A stretch of 63,921 nt of DNA, the filler included. It is 5 parts of 5 records of this genome, joined end to end, with 100 filler letters (N's around TTAATTAATTAA, not from the genome) between each part and the next. Parts side by side here need not be neighbours in the genome. Positions count along the whole stretch, not along the records: positions 34,935 to 51,379 come from DRR723986_4857; positions 51,480 to 58,566 come from DRR723986_4864; 3 more parts are not named here. The stretch is one strand, 5' to 3'. Below the pieces are notes generated by a model. The model was not told where the DNA came from and did no database searches. It was given only the letters and a program-made list of their open reading frames with translations. A program made the position numbers and the translations under genes. Shown here one piece after another: positions 47,182 to 55,862 of the stretch; positions within the stretch are counted from its first letter, which is position 1, and each line of letters begins with the position of its first letter.

Positions 47182-48984
47182 CTAAGAAGTTGTCTTCCTG
47201 ACAGGAAACTCGATGACGCAACTCACGCCTTCGGGAGCGAAGTCGATGTTGACGTCGCCGTCGAGCGCCGGCCCCACCAAACGTTCCAGCAGCATTCGCC
47301 CGAAACCGTTGCGCCTTGGCGGCACAACTTCCGGACCGCCACGTTCCTTCCAGACCAGCCTGATCCTTCCGTCTACGGTCGTCCACGACACCGACAGTTT
47401 CCCCCCGAGCACTGACAAGGCGCCATATTTGGCGGCATTGGTCGTCAGCTCATGCAGTGCAAGACCAAGGTTCTGGGCCGCATCCGCCGTAATCGAATGC
47501 GGATCGCCCTCAATCTCGATCTGGGGGCTCCCCGGGTCGATCGATTGCGCCAGATGCGCCAGCACGAGTTCTTTCAGGTCAGCGCCGTACCAGGACTGCG
47601 ACACCAGAAGATCATGACTGGCCGCCATCGCCTGGAGCCGTGCGGCAAAACTTTCGACAAAATCCTCGGTGTTGTCCGAACGCGCCGCTGTCTGGCGTGC
47701 CATGGCCTGAATGACTGCAAGCAGGTTCTTGGAGCGATGCGTCAGTTCCCGCATGACGAGATGCATCTGGCGTTCGTTTTCCCGCTTGTGGGTCAGGTCG
47801 ATGGAGATGCCGATCAGGCCGGTGGTCCGACCTTCCTTGTCGCGCGAAGGCTCCATGCGCATGTTGTAGCTGCGATTGACCCCGTTCATGTCCATGTCGA
47901 ATTCGATGACGGCGCTTTCGCCTGTCTCGAGGACCTTCTTCTTAACCGGAATGAGTTTCAGCTGATCTTCTTCCGGAAACAGCTCATCATCGCTTTTGCC
48001 GATGAAGAAATCCGGTTTGAAACCGGGCGACGGATTGACGACATGAATATATTTCAGGTCCAGGTCCTGTTCGAACACGGTTGTAAGCGAACCGTCGAGC
48101 GCCTTTTCAAAACGCCGGTTCGCCTCCGCGAGCTGACTTGCCAGCGAGGCGAGCCGGATCTCATAGAGGTTCTTCTCGGTCATATCGATGGCCGTGCACA
48201 GCACACCGTCAATTTCGCCACTGCTGTCGCGTGTAGGATGCACGATCAGGTCCAGCGAAATCGTTCCCGTCTCCTCACTGTCGAGCGCGAAGAAGGTAGA
48301 TGCCGTCTCGCCGGTTTCCAGCACCTGGCGCTTGACCGGCTCCAGTTCCGCCGCGGTCTCTTCCGGCAGCAGATCCTGATCGGTACACCCGATGACGTCA
48401 TCGGCTTCCTTGCCGAACCGCGGATTGTGGATCCACGTGTAGCGCAGATCCTTGTCCTGGGTGAAAACGGAGATGTTGGATCCGGTCAACGCGGTCTCGA
48501 ACCGCTCGTTGATCCGCCTTATCTCCCGCCGCGATCTGCCGACCTTGTCGGAAAGCTGGAGATTTTCAGCCTTCAGCATATCGTTGGCCCGCTCCAGATC
48601 CTTGAGCGATGGAATGGCCAGCAGCATCGGCCGCACCCGCCAGACAACCACTGCTGTTGCCACCGAGACAAGGGCTGTTACCAGCTTGATCAGACCTTGT
48701 GCGCCGTAGATCGGCCACCAGAGCGTTACCAGGGCTGTCAGATGGGTCAGCGCACACGCCAGAATGAAGGCGATGAACAGGTAACCGATCTTGCGGGAAT
48801 TGCCTTGAATGTCCGGACGCTTGCGCAGAAACCCGAAGATCATAAGGGGAATGGCAATATAGGCCAGCGCAATCAGGGCATCGGAGATCGCATGAATCGC
48901 CACGAGATCCGGACGCCAGAGCAGGCAGTATCCATGCGGCATGAAGGAGGCCGCACCAAACAGATAGGACACGATTTCAGACAT
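47182..48984 (-). CDS. HWE histidine kinase with N-terminal ETR1-like ethylene-binding domain and two PAS domains
   Basis: MPHGYCLLW, ISDALIALAYIAIP, FILACALTH, IKLVTALVSVATA; two QD.DL.Y PAS repeats; ELTHRSKN, LHELTTNAAKYG, WKERGGP. Confidence 0.92.
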   Translation of the reverse strand: MSEIVSYLFGAASFMPHGYCLLWRPDLVAIHAISDALIALAYIAIPLMIFGFLRKRPDIQGNSRKIGYLFIAFILACALTHLTALVTLWWPIYGAQGLIKLVTALVSVATAVVVWRVRPMLLAIPSLKDLERANDMLKAENLQLSDKVGRSRREIRRINERFETALTGSNISVFTQDKDLRYTWIHNPRFGKEADDVIGCTDQDLLPEETAAELEPVKRQVLETGETASTFFALDSEETGTISLDLIVHPTRDSSGEIDGVLCTAIDMTEKNLYEIRLASLASQLAEANRRFEKALDGSLTTVFEQDLDLKYIHVVNPSPGFKPDFFIGKSDDELFPEEDQLKLIPVKKKVLETGESAVIEFDMDMNGVNRSYNMRMEPSRDKEGRTTGLIGISIDLTHKRENERQMHLVMRELTHRSKNLLAVIQAMARQTAARSDNTEDFVESFAARLQAMAASHDLLVSQSWYGADLKELVLAHLAQSIDPGSPQIEIEGDPHSITADAAQNLGLALHELTTNAAKYGALSVLGGKLSVSWTTVDGRIRLVWKERGGPEVVPPRRNGFGRMLLERLVGPALDGDVNIDFAPEGVSCVIEFPVRKTTS

Positions 48985-49103
48985 TTCGAATTTGCTCCGT
49001 CATCCGGGCATGTAAACTTTCGCGGCCGTCCCGCATCGGAAAAGCCGCTCCCGCGCCGATGCGCCAGCAAACAGTCGAAGCTGGCAGCAACCGCAATTCA
49101 TTC

Positions 49104-49128
49104 GGAACCTTTGACCTCAGGAACCGTT
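49104..49128 (+). promoter_or_regulatory. EcfG-dependent promoter of csbD
   Basis: GGAAC-N16-CGTT. Confidence 0.85.
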
Positions 49129-49163
49129 TTCCAGATGTCAGAAAGACAAGGAGAAAACGACCG

Positions 49164-49361
49164 ATGAATTGGGACCGGATTGAAGGAAACTGGAAAGAAT
49201 TCAAAGGCAAGGCCATCACCCAATGGGGCAGGCTGACCGACGATGATGTGGATCGTGTTGCCGGCAAACGGACCGAATTCGCAGGTCTGATCCAGCAGAA
49301 ATACGGCAAGACCCGTGAAGAAGCCGAGCGGGAAATCGATACCTGGATCTCGCGGCACTGA
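49164..49361 (+). CDS. csbD: CsbD-family stress protein
   Basis: MNWDRIEGNWKEFKGK...WGRLTDDD...IQQKYG.TREEAEREI; AAGGAG RBS. Confidence 0.93.
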   Translation: MNWDRIEGNWKEFKGKAITQWGRLTDDDVDRVAGKRTEFAGLIQQKYGKTREEAEREIDTWISRH

Positions 49362-49516
49362 TGGAAGAAGGCGGGCAGTGCCCGCCTCTTCCTCCCGCCT
49401 TGGGATCTGTCGTTATCGCGCACCGAAGGGCAGATGCCGAAACCGGCATCTTGCTTCGCTCTCGTGGAACGAATGCAGTGGAACACGCCCCCCGTGCTCA
49501 TCGCGCAGCGCTGCCC

Positions 49517-50323
49517 TCAGGCAGCGGCCACCTCTTCCGCCCCTTTGAAGAACAGCGCCTGGCTGATCCCCGCCTTCACCGTATTCGGATTGAACGGCTT
49601 GGTGATAAGGAACGTCGGCTCCGGCCGTTCGCCTGTCAGAAGACGCTCGGGGAACGACGTGATGAAGATGACCGGAACGGACATTTCGGCAAGGATATCC
49701 TTGACCGCATCAATGCCGGACGATCCGTCTGCAAGCTGAATATCAGCAAGCACAAGACCCGGGGTCTGCGCCTTTGCAGCTGCGATGGCATCGCTCGCTG
49801 TCCGGGCAACGCAGGTAACGCCGTGACCGAGCGACTCCACGATCTGGATCAGATCCATGGAAATAAGCGGTTCGTCCTCGATGATCAGCACATCCGTCTT
49901 GGTCTGCCTGTCAATTTCCGCGATCGCATCCTGGACGAGCTGGGTCACTTCATTTTCGCTACGCTCGATGATGAGGGCGGTTTCGGGAAGCGAAAACCCT
50001 TCCAGTGTGGACAGCAACAGGGTCTGCCGGCTTTCGGCCGCCATGGTTGCCAGCCGCTGCTGAGCGGTCTGCTCGAAGATGGAAACCGTCCCGTCATTCG
50101 CGATGGGCGGAACGACGCTCGCGTTCCAAAGGACATGGAAAAGCCGGTACAGACCGATTTTCACGCCATGAGATGTATCGATAATGGTCTGATCTGCCAC
50201 CAGCGCCTGCAGGCAGGCCCTGACATAGGCATCGCCACTTTTCTGACTTCCCGCCAGTGCTCTTGCATATCTACGCAGATACGGCAGGAGCGGCGCGATT
50301 TCTTCCGAAAGGCTCACGGACAT
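49517..50323 (-). CDS. phyR: Anti-anti-sigma response regulator PhyR
   Basis: LPYLRRYARALAGSQKSGDAYV sigma-like domain + receiver (IIEDEPLI, ADIQLADGSSG, LLTGERPEPTFLITKPF). Confidence 0.96.
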   Translation of the reverse strand: MSVSLSEEIAPLLPYLRRYARALAGSQKSGDAYVRACLQALVADQTIIDTSHGVKIGLYRLFHVLWNASVVPPIANDGTVSIFEQTAQQRLATMAAESRQTLLLSTLEGFSLPETALIIERSENEVTQLVQDAIAEIDRQTKTDVLIIEDEPLISMDLIQIVESLGHGVTCVARTASDAIAAAKAQTPGLVLADIQLADGSSGIDAVKDILAEMSVPVIFITSFPERLLTGERPEPTFLITKPFNPNTVKAGISQALFFKGAEEVAAA

Positions 50324-50394
50324 AAATTAGTTCCTCAATAGTTGCCGTCTGAAAGCGGTCGACGGGCCCGCGTCAAGCGCACCCATAAGCTGGA

Positions 50395-50452
50395 AATGCA
50401 TTCGGCAAAAAAAAGTTCCATACTCGAGGAACTTTTTTTTTGCCGCCGCGTT
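50395..50452. promoter_or_regulatory. Back-to-back EcfG promoters for phyR and nepR-ecfG
   Basis: Plus GGAAC-N16-CGTT (50428-50452); minus GGAAC-N16-CATT (50419-50395). Confidence 0.85.
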
Positions 50453-50502
50453 TACGTCGCAAATCAGCCTATCGTCGAAGACGCAAATATCGGGAATCTG
50501 CC

Positions 50503-50709
50503 ATGGCAAGCAAGCTTAACCCAAGTCGGCCCAACGCCGGATTTGGTGTAATAACACCGGCCGCCGGAGCCAAGTCCAAAGAAGACTGGATCGGCAACCA
50601 GCTCAAGAAGGTTTACGACGAGGCCCTATCGGAAGACATACCGGATGACATGATGGACCTGCTGTCCGCCTTGGACGACAGAGGCTCTGACGAGGAGGCC
50701 GCCGAATGA
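50503..50709 (+). CDS. nepR: Anti-sigma factor NepR
   Basis: IGNQLKKVYDEALSEDIPDDMMDLLSALD; ATGA overlap with ecfG. Confidence 0.92.
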   Translation: MASKLNPSRPNAGFGVITPAAGAKSKEDWIGNQLKKVYDEALSEDIPDDMMDLLSALDDRGSDEEAAE

Positions 50710-51260
50710 ACGTCGCAAAGTTCAAGAAGGATCTGGTCGACGCCATACCGCGATTGCGCGCCTTTGCCAGATCGATCAGTGGTGACCGCGACCGTGCGGA
50801 CGATCTGGTCCAGGAAACCTTGGCAAAGGCGATCGCCAATAAAGACAAGTTCACCGAAGGTACCAACCTCACCGCCTGGCTGATTACCATTCTCCGTAAC
50901 CAGTATTACTCCGTTGGCCGGAAGATGCAGCGCGAGGTCGCCGACCCTGACGGTGAACACGCCGCCAGCCTGGAAAGCAAACCGCAACAGGCAGGTCATC
51001 TGGAACTGAAGGATTTCCTGAGCGCCCTTCAGGTTCTTCCGGACGACCAGCGTGAAGCCCTTATCCTGATCGGTGCCAGCGGCTTTTCCTATGAAGAAGC
51101 AGCCGACATCCTCGGCGTGAAGGTCGGCACGGTCAAAAGCCGCGTCTCCCGTGCACGCCTTCGTCTGGATGACCTCATGAACGGGACCGAGAAATTTGAA
51201 CGGTCCGAAATCGCCGCCGCCGAATCCGCCTCCCTGATCAGGGACGCTCTGTCCGTCTGA
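50706..51260 (+). CDS. ecfG: General stress response sigma factor EcfG (ECF15)
   Basis: IPRLRAFARS, ADDLVQETL, GTNLTAWLITILRN, ASGFSYEEAA, GTVKSRVSRAR; phyR-nepR synteny. Confidence 0.95.
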   Translation: MNVAKFKKDLVDAIPRLRAFARSISGDRDRADDLVQETLAKAIANKDKFTEGTNLTAWLITILRNQYYSVGRKMQREVADPDGEHAASLESKPQQAGHLELKDFLSALQVLPDDQREALILIGASGFSYEEAADILGVKVGTVKSRVSRARLRLDDLMNGTEKFERSEIAAAESASLIRDALSV

Positions 51261-51277
51261 TCATTCTCATCTACACC

Positions 51278-51303
51278 GGAACCTTTCCGCTTCTGCGTCC
51301 GTT
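51278..51303 (+). promoter_or_regulatory. EcfG-dependent promoter for a gene beyond the contig end
   Basis: GGAAC-N17-CGTT. Confidence 0.7.
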
Positions 51304-51379
51304 ACAGGCCGGCGCACTGCATCCGGTGTGATCAGGCAAGCCGGTTGGCGCACGACAGCTAACAATGACCGGCAGGGGG

Positions 51380-51479
51380 NNNNNNNNNNNNNNNNNNNNN
51401 NNNNNNNNNNNNNNNNNNNNNNNTTAATTAATTAANNNNNNNNNNNNNNNNNNNNNNNNNNNNNNNNNNNNNNNNNNNN
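51380..51479. other. Artificial contig linker
   Basis: 44 N + TTAATTAATTAA + 44 N. Confidence 0.99.
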
Positions 51480-52196
51480 CATCCACTGCATGCGCACGTA
51501 ATCCTTGGCATGGCCCCAGTCCCGCAGCGCGTCGATGTTGCCCATATAAAGACACTCTTCGAGGCCCTGACCGATGTTGGCCAGACCGCGGGTAATCTTG
51601 CGGGTCACAAATGTCTCACCACGGCGCGGGCTCTCGTGATTGAATAAGATGCCGTTGCAGGCATACATACCATAAGCCTCGCGGTAGTTCACCGTGATCC
51701 AATAGGCGTACATCTTGGCCACCGCATAGGGGCTGCGCGGATGAAACGGGGTCTTTTCCGTCTGTGGCGTTTCCTGCACCAAACCATACAATTCCGACGT
51801 CGAGGCCTGATAAAACCGGGTTTTCTTTTCCAACCCTAGAAAGCGGATCGCTTCGAGCAATCTGAGCGTGCCCATGGCATCTACATCCGCCGTATATTCG
51901 GGCGCTTCAAAGCTGACGGCCACGTGGGATTGCGCGCCAAGGTTGTAAACCTCGTCAGGTTGCACCTCTTGCAAAATGCGCGTCAGGTTCGACGTATCTG
52001 TCAAATCGCCATAATGCAGTTTGAATTTGGCATGGTCGGTATGGGGATCTTCGTAGATGTGATCGACCCGTTGCGTGTTGAACAGGGAGGAGCGGCGTTT
52101 GATGCCATGCACCTCATAGCCCTTTTCCAGCAAAAACTCTGCCAGATATGATCCGTCTTGTCCGGTGACCCCAGTGATAAGTGCGGTTTTTGCCAT
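51480..52196 (-). CDS. gmd: GDP-mannose 4,6-dehydratase, 5' part (cut by contig end)
   Basis: [58 protein letters not shown]. Confidence 0.98.
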
Positions 52197-52310
52197 GTGA
52201 TCCAACCCGTTCTATGCGCGTGCTTCGTCTTTGAGACCCTGCTCAGACTCCGGTCATACCGGTTGCCTCAACCCTGAGGCAACCGGCAATACGGAATCGT
52301 TGATGCAGAC

Positions 52311-52342
52311 AAAGAAAAACAGGCCCACACCGGGGCCTGTTT
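52311..52342 (-). terminator. Intrinsic terminator after the yjbE-like gene
   Basis: Minus strand AAACAGGCCC-CGGTGT-GGGCCTGTTTTTCTTT. Confidence 0.75.
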
Positions 52343-52370
52343 CAAATCACTCTCTAAGAGTCAAAAACGC

Positions 52371-52724
52371 TTAGTTGCTTGCTGTTGTGGTGGTGGTGAC
52401 GGTTTCGTCATCGTCGCTCAACACAGCTGCCAGCAAGAGAACACCAGCACCGGCTGCAACTGCAGCACCGGTTCCGCCCAAACCAGGCAGAGCTGCTACA
52501 TCATCATCCGAACATTGAACGTAAAGTGTGTTTACGCCGTTGTGAATCTTGTATTCGGCGCTTACCAAAACACTCAAGATTTTGTTGTTGTCTTTGCCGT
52601 ATTTTTCACAGATCTGTCTGTCGCGTGCATCCTGCATCGCCTGCGAGTCTGCTTGAGCGAAAGCAAACGTTGTGGAAGACACGAGCATTGCAGCGCTGAC
52701 GCATGCGGTAATTACATTTTTCAT
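52371..52724 (-). CDS. Small exported protein with Gly/Ala helix and Thr tail (YjbE/GfcA-like)
   Basis: Signal peptide; GLGGTGAAVAAGAGVLLLAAVL; ends TVTTTTTASN; downstream of yjbH-yjbF. Confidence 0.7.
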   Translation of the reverse strand: MKNVITACVSAAMLVSSTTFAFAQADSQAMQDARDRQICEKYGKDNNKILSVLVSAEYKIHNGVNTLYVQCSDDDVAALPGLGGTGAAVAAGAGVLLLAAVLSDDDETVTTTTTASN

Positions 52725-52835
52725 AATCAAACCCCTTTTGGCTGAACTTGGTCGAAGAGTAGCCTAAAGCATATCTACTTTCAACTTGGTCTATAAGGTA
52801 TCAGCCTTCAAAGCAACGGGCTGAAAAGAACATTC

Positions 52836-53516
52836 TTACTTGGTTAAGCGTCGAAAGCGCAGGTATCCGACAAAAGGCCCAGCCCATTGCCGAGACTGCC
52901 AGATTGTACCACCATTTGTGCCGATCCAATAGTCATTAACCACCTGTCCGCTATTGGCGGCGCATTGTTGCTGCAAATGGCGTGTCGCATACTTGTATTC
53001 AAGAACTTCAATGGTCTCAATACCCAGATCCACAACATCACATCCAAATGCAAAACGGACTTCGCGATCATCCAAACCGCGAATCACATGGACCATCTCT
53101 CCTTGGGACGGCCCCAGCCGCGAATTCGAAACCTGTACTGAGCTGGATTGAAGGTCGCCACCAAATCCACGAGTGGAAATCAACACGCCATTGCGCATGC
53201 TCAGACTGATATTATCTGCCGTACGCCAGACATTGACACGTCCGGGCAGGGTATCATTCTGCTCTGCGTTCAAGGTGACATAGCCCACGATATCACGGTC
53301 TTCGATTGAAACGTCCATAATCGTCAAATTCAGAGATTCGATCTGAGCCCGATTCAAAGTCGCAGGCTTGGCAGCTTTTTCAGCGCGCTTGGCCGCAACC
53401 GTCTCTTGCCCGGCGCGAAACAACTCGACCTGCAGAGGCGCAACTTCGTTGCCGCCGGCACATCCCATCAGCACCAGCATGGGTACCAATGCCCATTTCC
53501 ACATCTGCCGCGTCAT
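52836..53516 (-). CDS. yjbF: YjbF/GfcB-family lipoprotein
   Basis: Lipobox LMGC; WRTADNISLSMRNGVLISTRGFGGDL; NDYW...IWQSRQW. Confidence 0.85.
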   Translation of the reverse strand: MTRQMWKWALVPMLVLMGCAGGNEVAPLQVELFRAGQETVAAKRAEKAAKPATLNRAQIESLNLTIMDVSIEDRDIVGYVTLNAEQNDTLPGRVNVWRTADNISLSMRNGVLISTRGFGGDLQSSSVQVSNSRLGPSQGEMVHVIRGLDDREVRFAFGCDVVDLGIETIEVLEYKYATRHLQQQCAANSGQVVNDYWIGTNGGTIWQSRQWAGPFVGYLRFRRLTK

Positions 53517-55690
53517 TCCCAGAACCTCGTCCATTGATCGCTCAGCGCTTTGCGATGCGCATTTCGAACCGGCCCATACAGACGCCCCGGTACACTCACA
53601 CGCGCGCCGCCATCTCTCTGGATCGGGCGAATAACCGTACCCATCGATTTGCGGCTGGGCTTGCCCAAGAACCAGCGCACCGGAATGGAAAAGCGAATGC
53701 CCTTGTCAAAGGAGCCTTCGCCAAAATCCTCGGCGGACACATTGGTCAGAGTAAAGAAACCACCAACCGACCATCCATTATTAAAGACCCGGTCCAACGA
53801 GAAGGTCGCACCATAGTCACCGGCCAGATAACGCCCCACATCCAATTGCGCAGCAAAGCCATTGTTCATATCCAGATAGGCCGAGGCATGACCTGTGAAA
53901 ACCCTGTAATCCTGGAACCCAAGGCGCTGGTCATAATCCCGTTTGATCGCATAGTTCGCCTCAACCCCCAACGCCAACTGGCTGCTGACGGGTTTCCACA
54001 ACACTTCGGTCGATAGACCGCCATAGCCATATTCGAAATAGCCCCCCGTCACCCGGGCATAGAGATCCCGCCCCGGGCGCCAGTAACGCGCAAGGTAGAG
54101 TTGGTTCAAAGTCGTATCATACTGTGCATACAGCACCTGATCTGTCCGCACAGGTGGCAAGTTGGACGGCGCTAGACGCCCATCGGCCAAGTTGCCGGCA
54201 ATGCGTTGACGCACCCTGCCAGAGAGCACCCAGCCCGGGGTCGGTTGATAGGTTCCACCGACCTCGACTCCGGCATCAATCCGAAAGGGTTGATCCGGGT
54301 CAAAATAACCTGGCGTGAAATAAGGGGATACCGACCAGCTGAAGTCAGGATAGACATCCTTGCCCTCGACAGCCCGAGAGGACAGAGGCTTTGCATCTTC
54401 AAAGCCCGCCAGTGCCAGCAGCGCCTGACTGTTGTTGGGCGCGTGTTCCAGTGCTTCAAGATCTGATCGCCGGATCACAACCGTTGACAGGGGCAGGCTC
54501 CGAACCACAGGCACCAGCCTGAAAGTTTCGATCGAGGCGGGCAGAATCCGCGCCATCCAGCGTGCCGCGCGCCCGATGGCAACAGCATTCGAGCGATATC
54601 GCTGATTGCGGAATCGCAATTCGGCGCTGTGGGCGCTGACGTCCAGCGCTTCGAGCAACAGGCCGTCGTTTTCCAATACCGGAGACAGCTCATCACGCAG
54701 CGTTGCTGGCGCACCTGTGCTTGCCGTCCAGGTCGTTGCCCAGGCTTCGGGGTTTGTGTTGCGGCTCGGGCGTGCCTTTACCGGATAGGGGGCAGGTGTG
54801 ACTGGCTCCGCCTGCGGGAAATAGGGGCTCAGCTGAATCTGCGCACTGATCCCAAACTCAGATCCATACAGATAATACGCCCCGACCCGGGTGCGCGGGG
54901 TGGCCTGATATTCGACCCCGAAGTTGAGCGAGGATTTCCGTTCAAACACCGAACTGCTTTGGGTTTCCAGTTCATAAGCATCCGAAGAGTATTCCAGCTT
55001 GAACCCAAGCTTATCTGTGGCCAGCCATTCAATCCCGCCAAAGGGGGCTATGGGGCCCCGGAACCACTGGTCATAAGACAGCTCGCCCCCGGTATCGCCC
55101 CCGACAAAATTCGGTCGCGTTCCAATGCCACCAAACCCGCCATGCGTCCCCAGACGTCCCCAGCCAAGACCGCCGGTCAGTTTGAGACGACCAGGCAGAC
55201 TTGACCCGAATACGGGAGGGGTTTCAAACGTCTTGGTGGCGACGATGTATTCCCCAGCATAAACACCGGTACCCGCGAAATCCTGCAACCCAACAACGAT
55301 AGAAGGAAAGCGCCGCTTTTCCTTGAACAGGCGAAACCGAACATCAAAACCTCGGTCATAATAAGTGGAAAACCCGAATAGGTTCAGATCCCGGATACCA
55401 ATATATCGAAAGGTCGCCGAGAGCCATTCCGTGGGTTGAAAAGCCAGGTTGATCCGGCCTTGCCCACCAAAATAGGATATCGTCTGTGAGAATTGTCCTT
55501 CAGGCATCATCTCACCCGACGGCATGTCAATCAAACCCGGTGCCCCGTAAAAATTCAACGACGGCGGCGGTAAAGGTCGTAAGACCGGGGCCTGGGTTGG
55601 ATCATCGGGGACTGTTGTATAGACCTGCTCAGCATGGCTGGCCCCACTCAACAAAGCCGCTATACATCCGATTGCAATCAAGAGGCGCAT
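53513..55690 (-). CDS. yjbH: YjbH/GfcD-family outer-membrane beta-barrel protein
   Basis: NFYGAPGLIDMPS, YYDRGFD, GRYLAGDYGAT, FGEGSFDKG. Confidence 0.9.
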   Translation of the reverse strand: MRLLIAIGCIAALLSGASHAEQVYTTVPDDPTQAPVLRPLPPPSLNFYGAPGLIDMPSGEMMPEGQFSQTISYFGGQGRINLAFQPTEWLSATFRYIGIRDLNLFGFSTYYDRGFDVRFRLFKEKRRFPSIVVGLQDFAGTGVYAGEYIVATKTFETPPVFGSSLPGRLKLTGGLGWGRLGTHGGFGGIGTRPNFVGGDTGGELSYDQWFRGPIAPFGGIEWLATDKLGFKLEYSSDAYELETQSSSVFERKSSLNFGVEYQATPRTRVGAYYLYGSEFGISAQIQLSPYFPQAEPVTPAPYPVKARPSRNTNPEAWATTWTASTGAPATLRDELSPVLENDGLLLEALDVSAHSAELRFRNQRYRSNAVAIGRAARWMARILPASIETFRLVPVVRSLPLSTVVIRRSDLEALEHAPNNSQALLALAGFEDAKPLSSRAVEGKDVYPDFSWSVSPYFTPGYFDPDQPFRIDAGVEVGGTYQPTPGWVLSGRVRQRIAGNLADGRLAPSNLPPVRTDQVLYAQYDTTLNQLYLARYWRPGRDLYARVTGGYFEYGYGGLSTEVLWKPVSSQLALGVEANYAIKRDYDQRLGFQDYRVFTGHASAYLDMNNGFAAQLDVGRYLAGDYGATFSLDRVFNNGWSVGGFFTLTNVSAEDFGEGSFDKGIRFSIPVRWFLGKPSRKSMGTVIRPIQRDGGARVSVPGRLYGPVRNAHRKALSDQWTRFWE

Positions 55691-55862
55691 GAAGTTCCTG
55701 CTTTCACCGGTCAAGCGCAGGTCGAAATTGACATCGCCATAATAGGTTTTCTAATTTTTTGGTTAAATCACAAACGGCAGACATCAATCAACGGGCACAT
55801 AGGGCTTTCGCCGCCCTGTGATAAAAATGTAGAGGCCAAACAGACTGCGGGACCCCTTGTTT

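Noticed and set aside
47452-49167. 571-aa plus-strand ORF
   Set aside because: Antisense shadow of the HWE kinase
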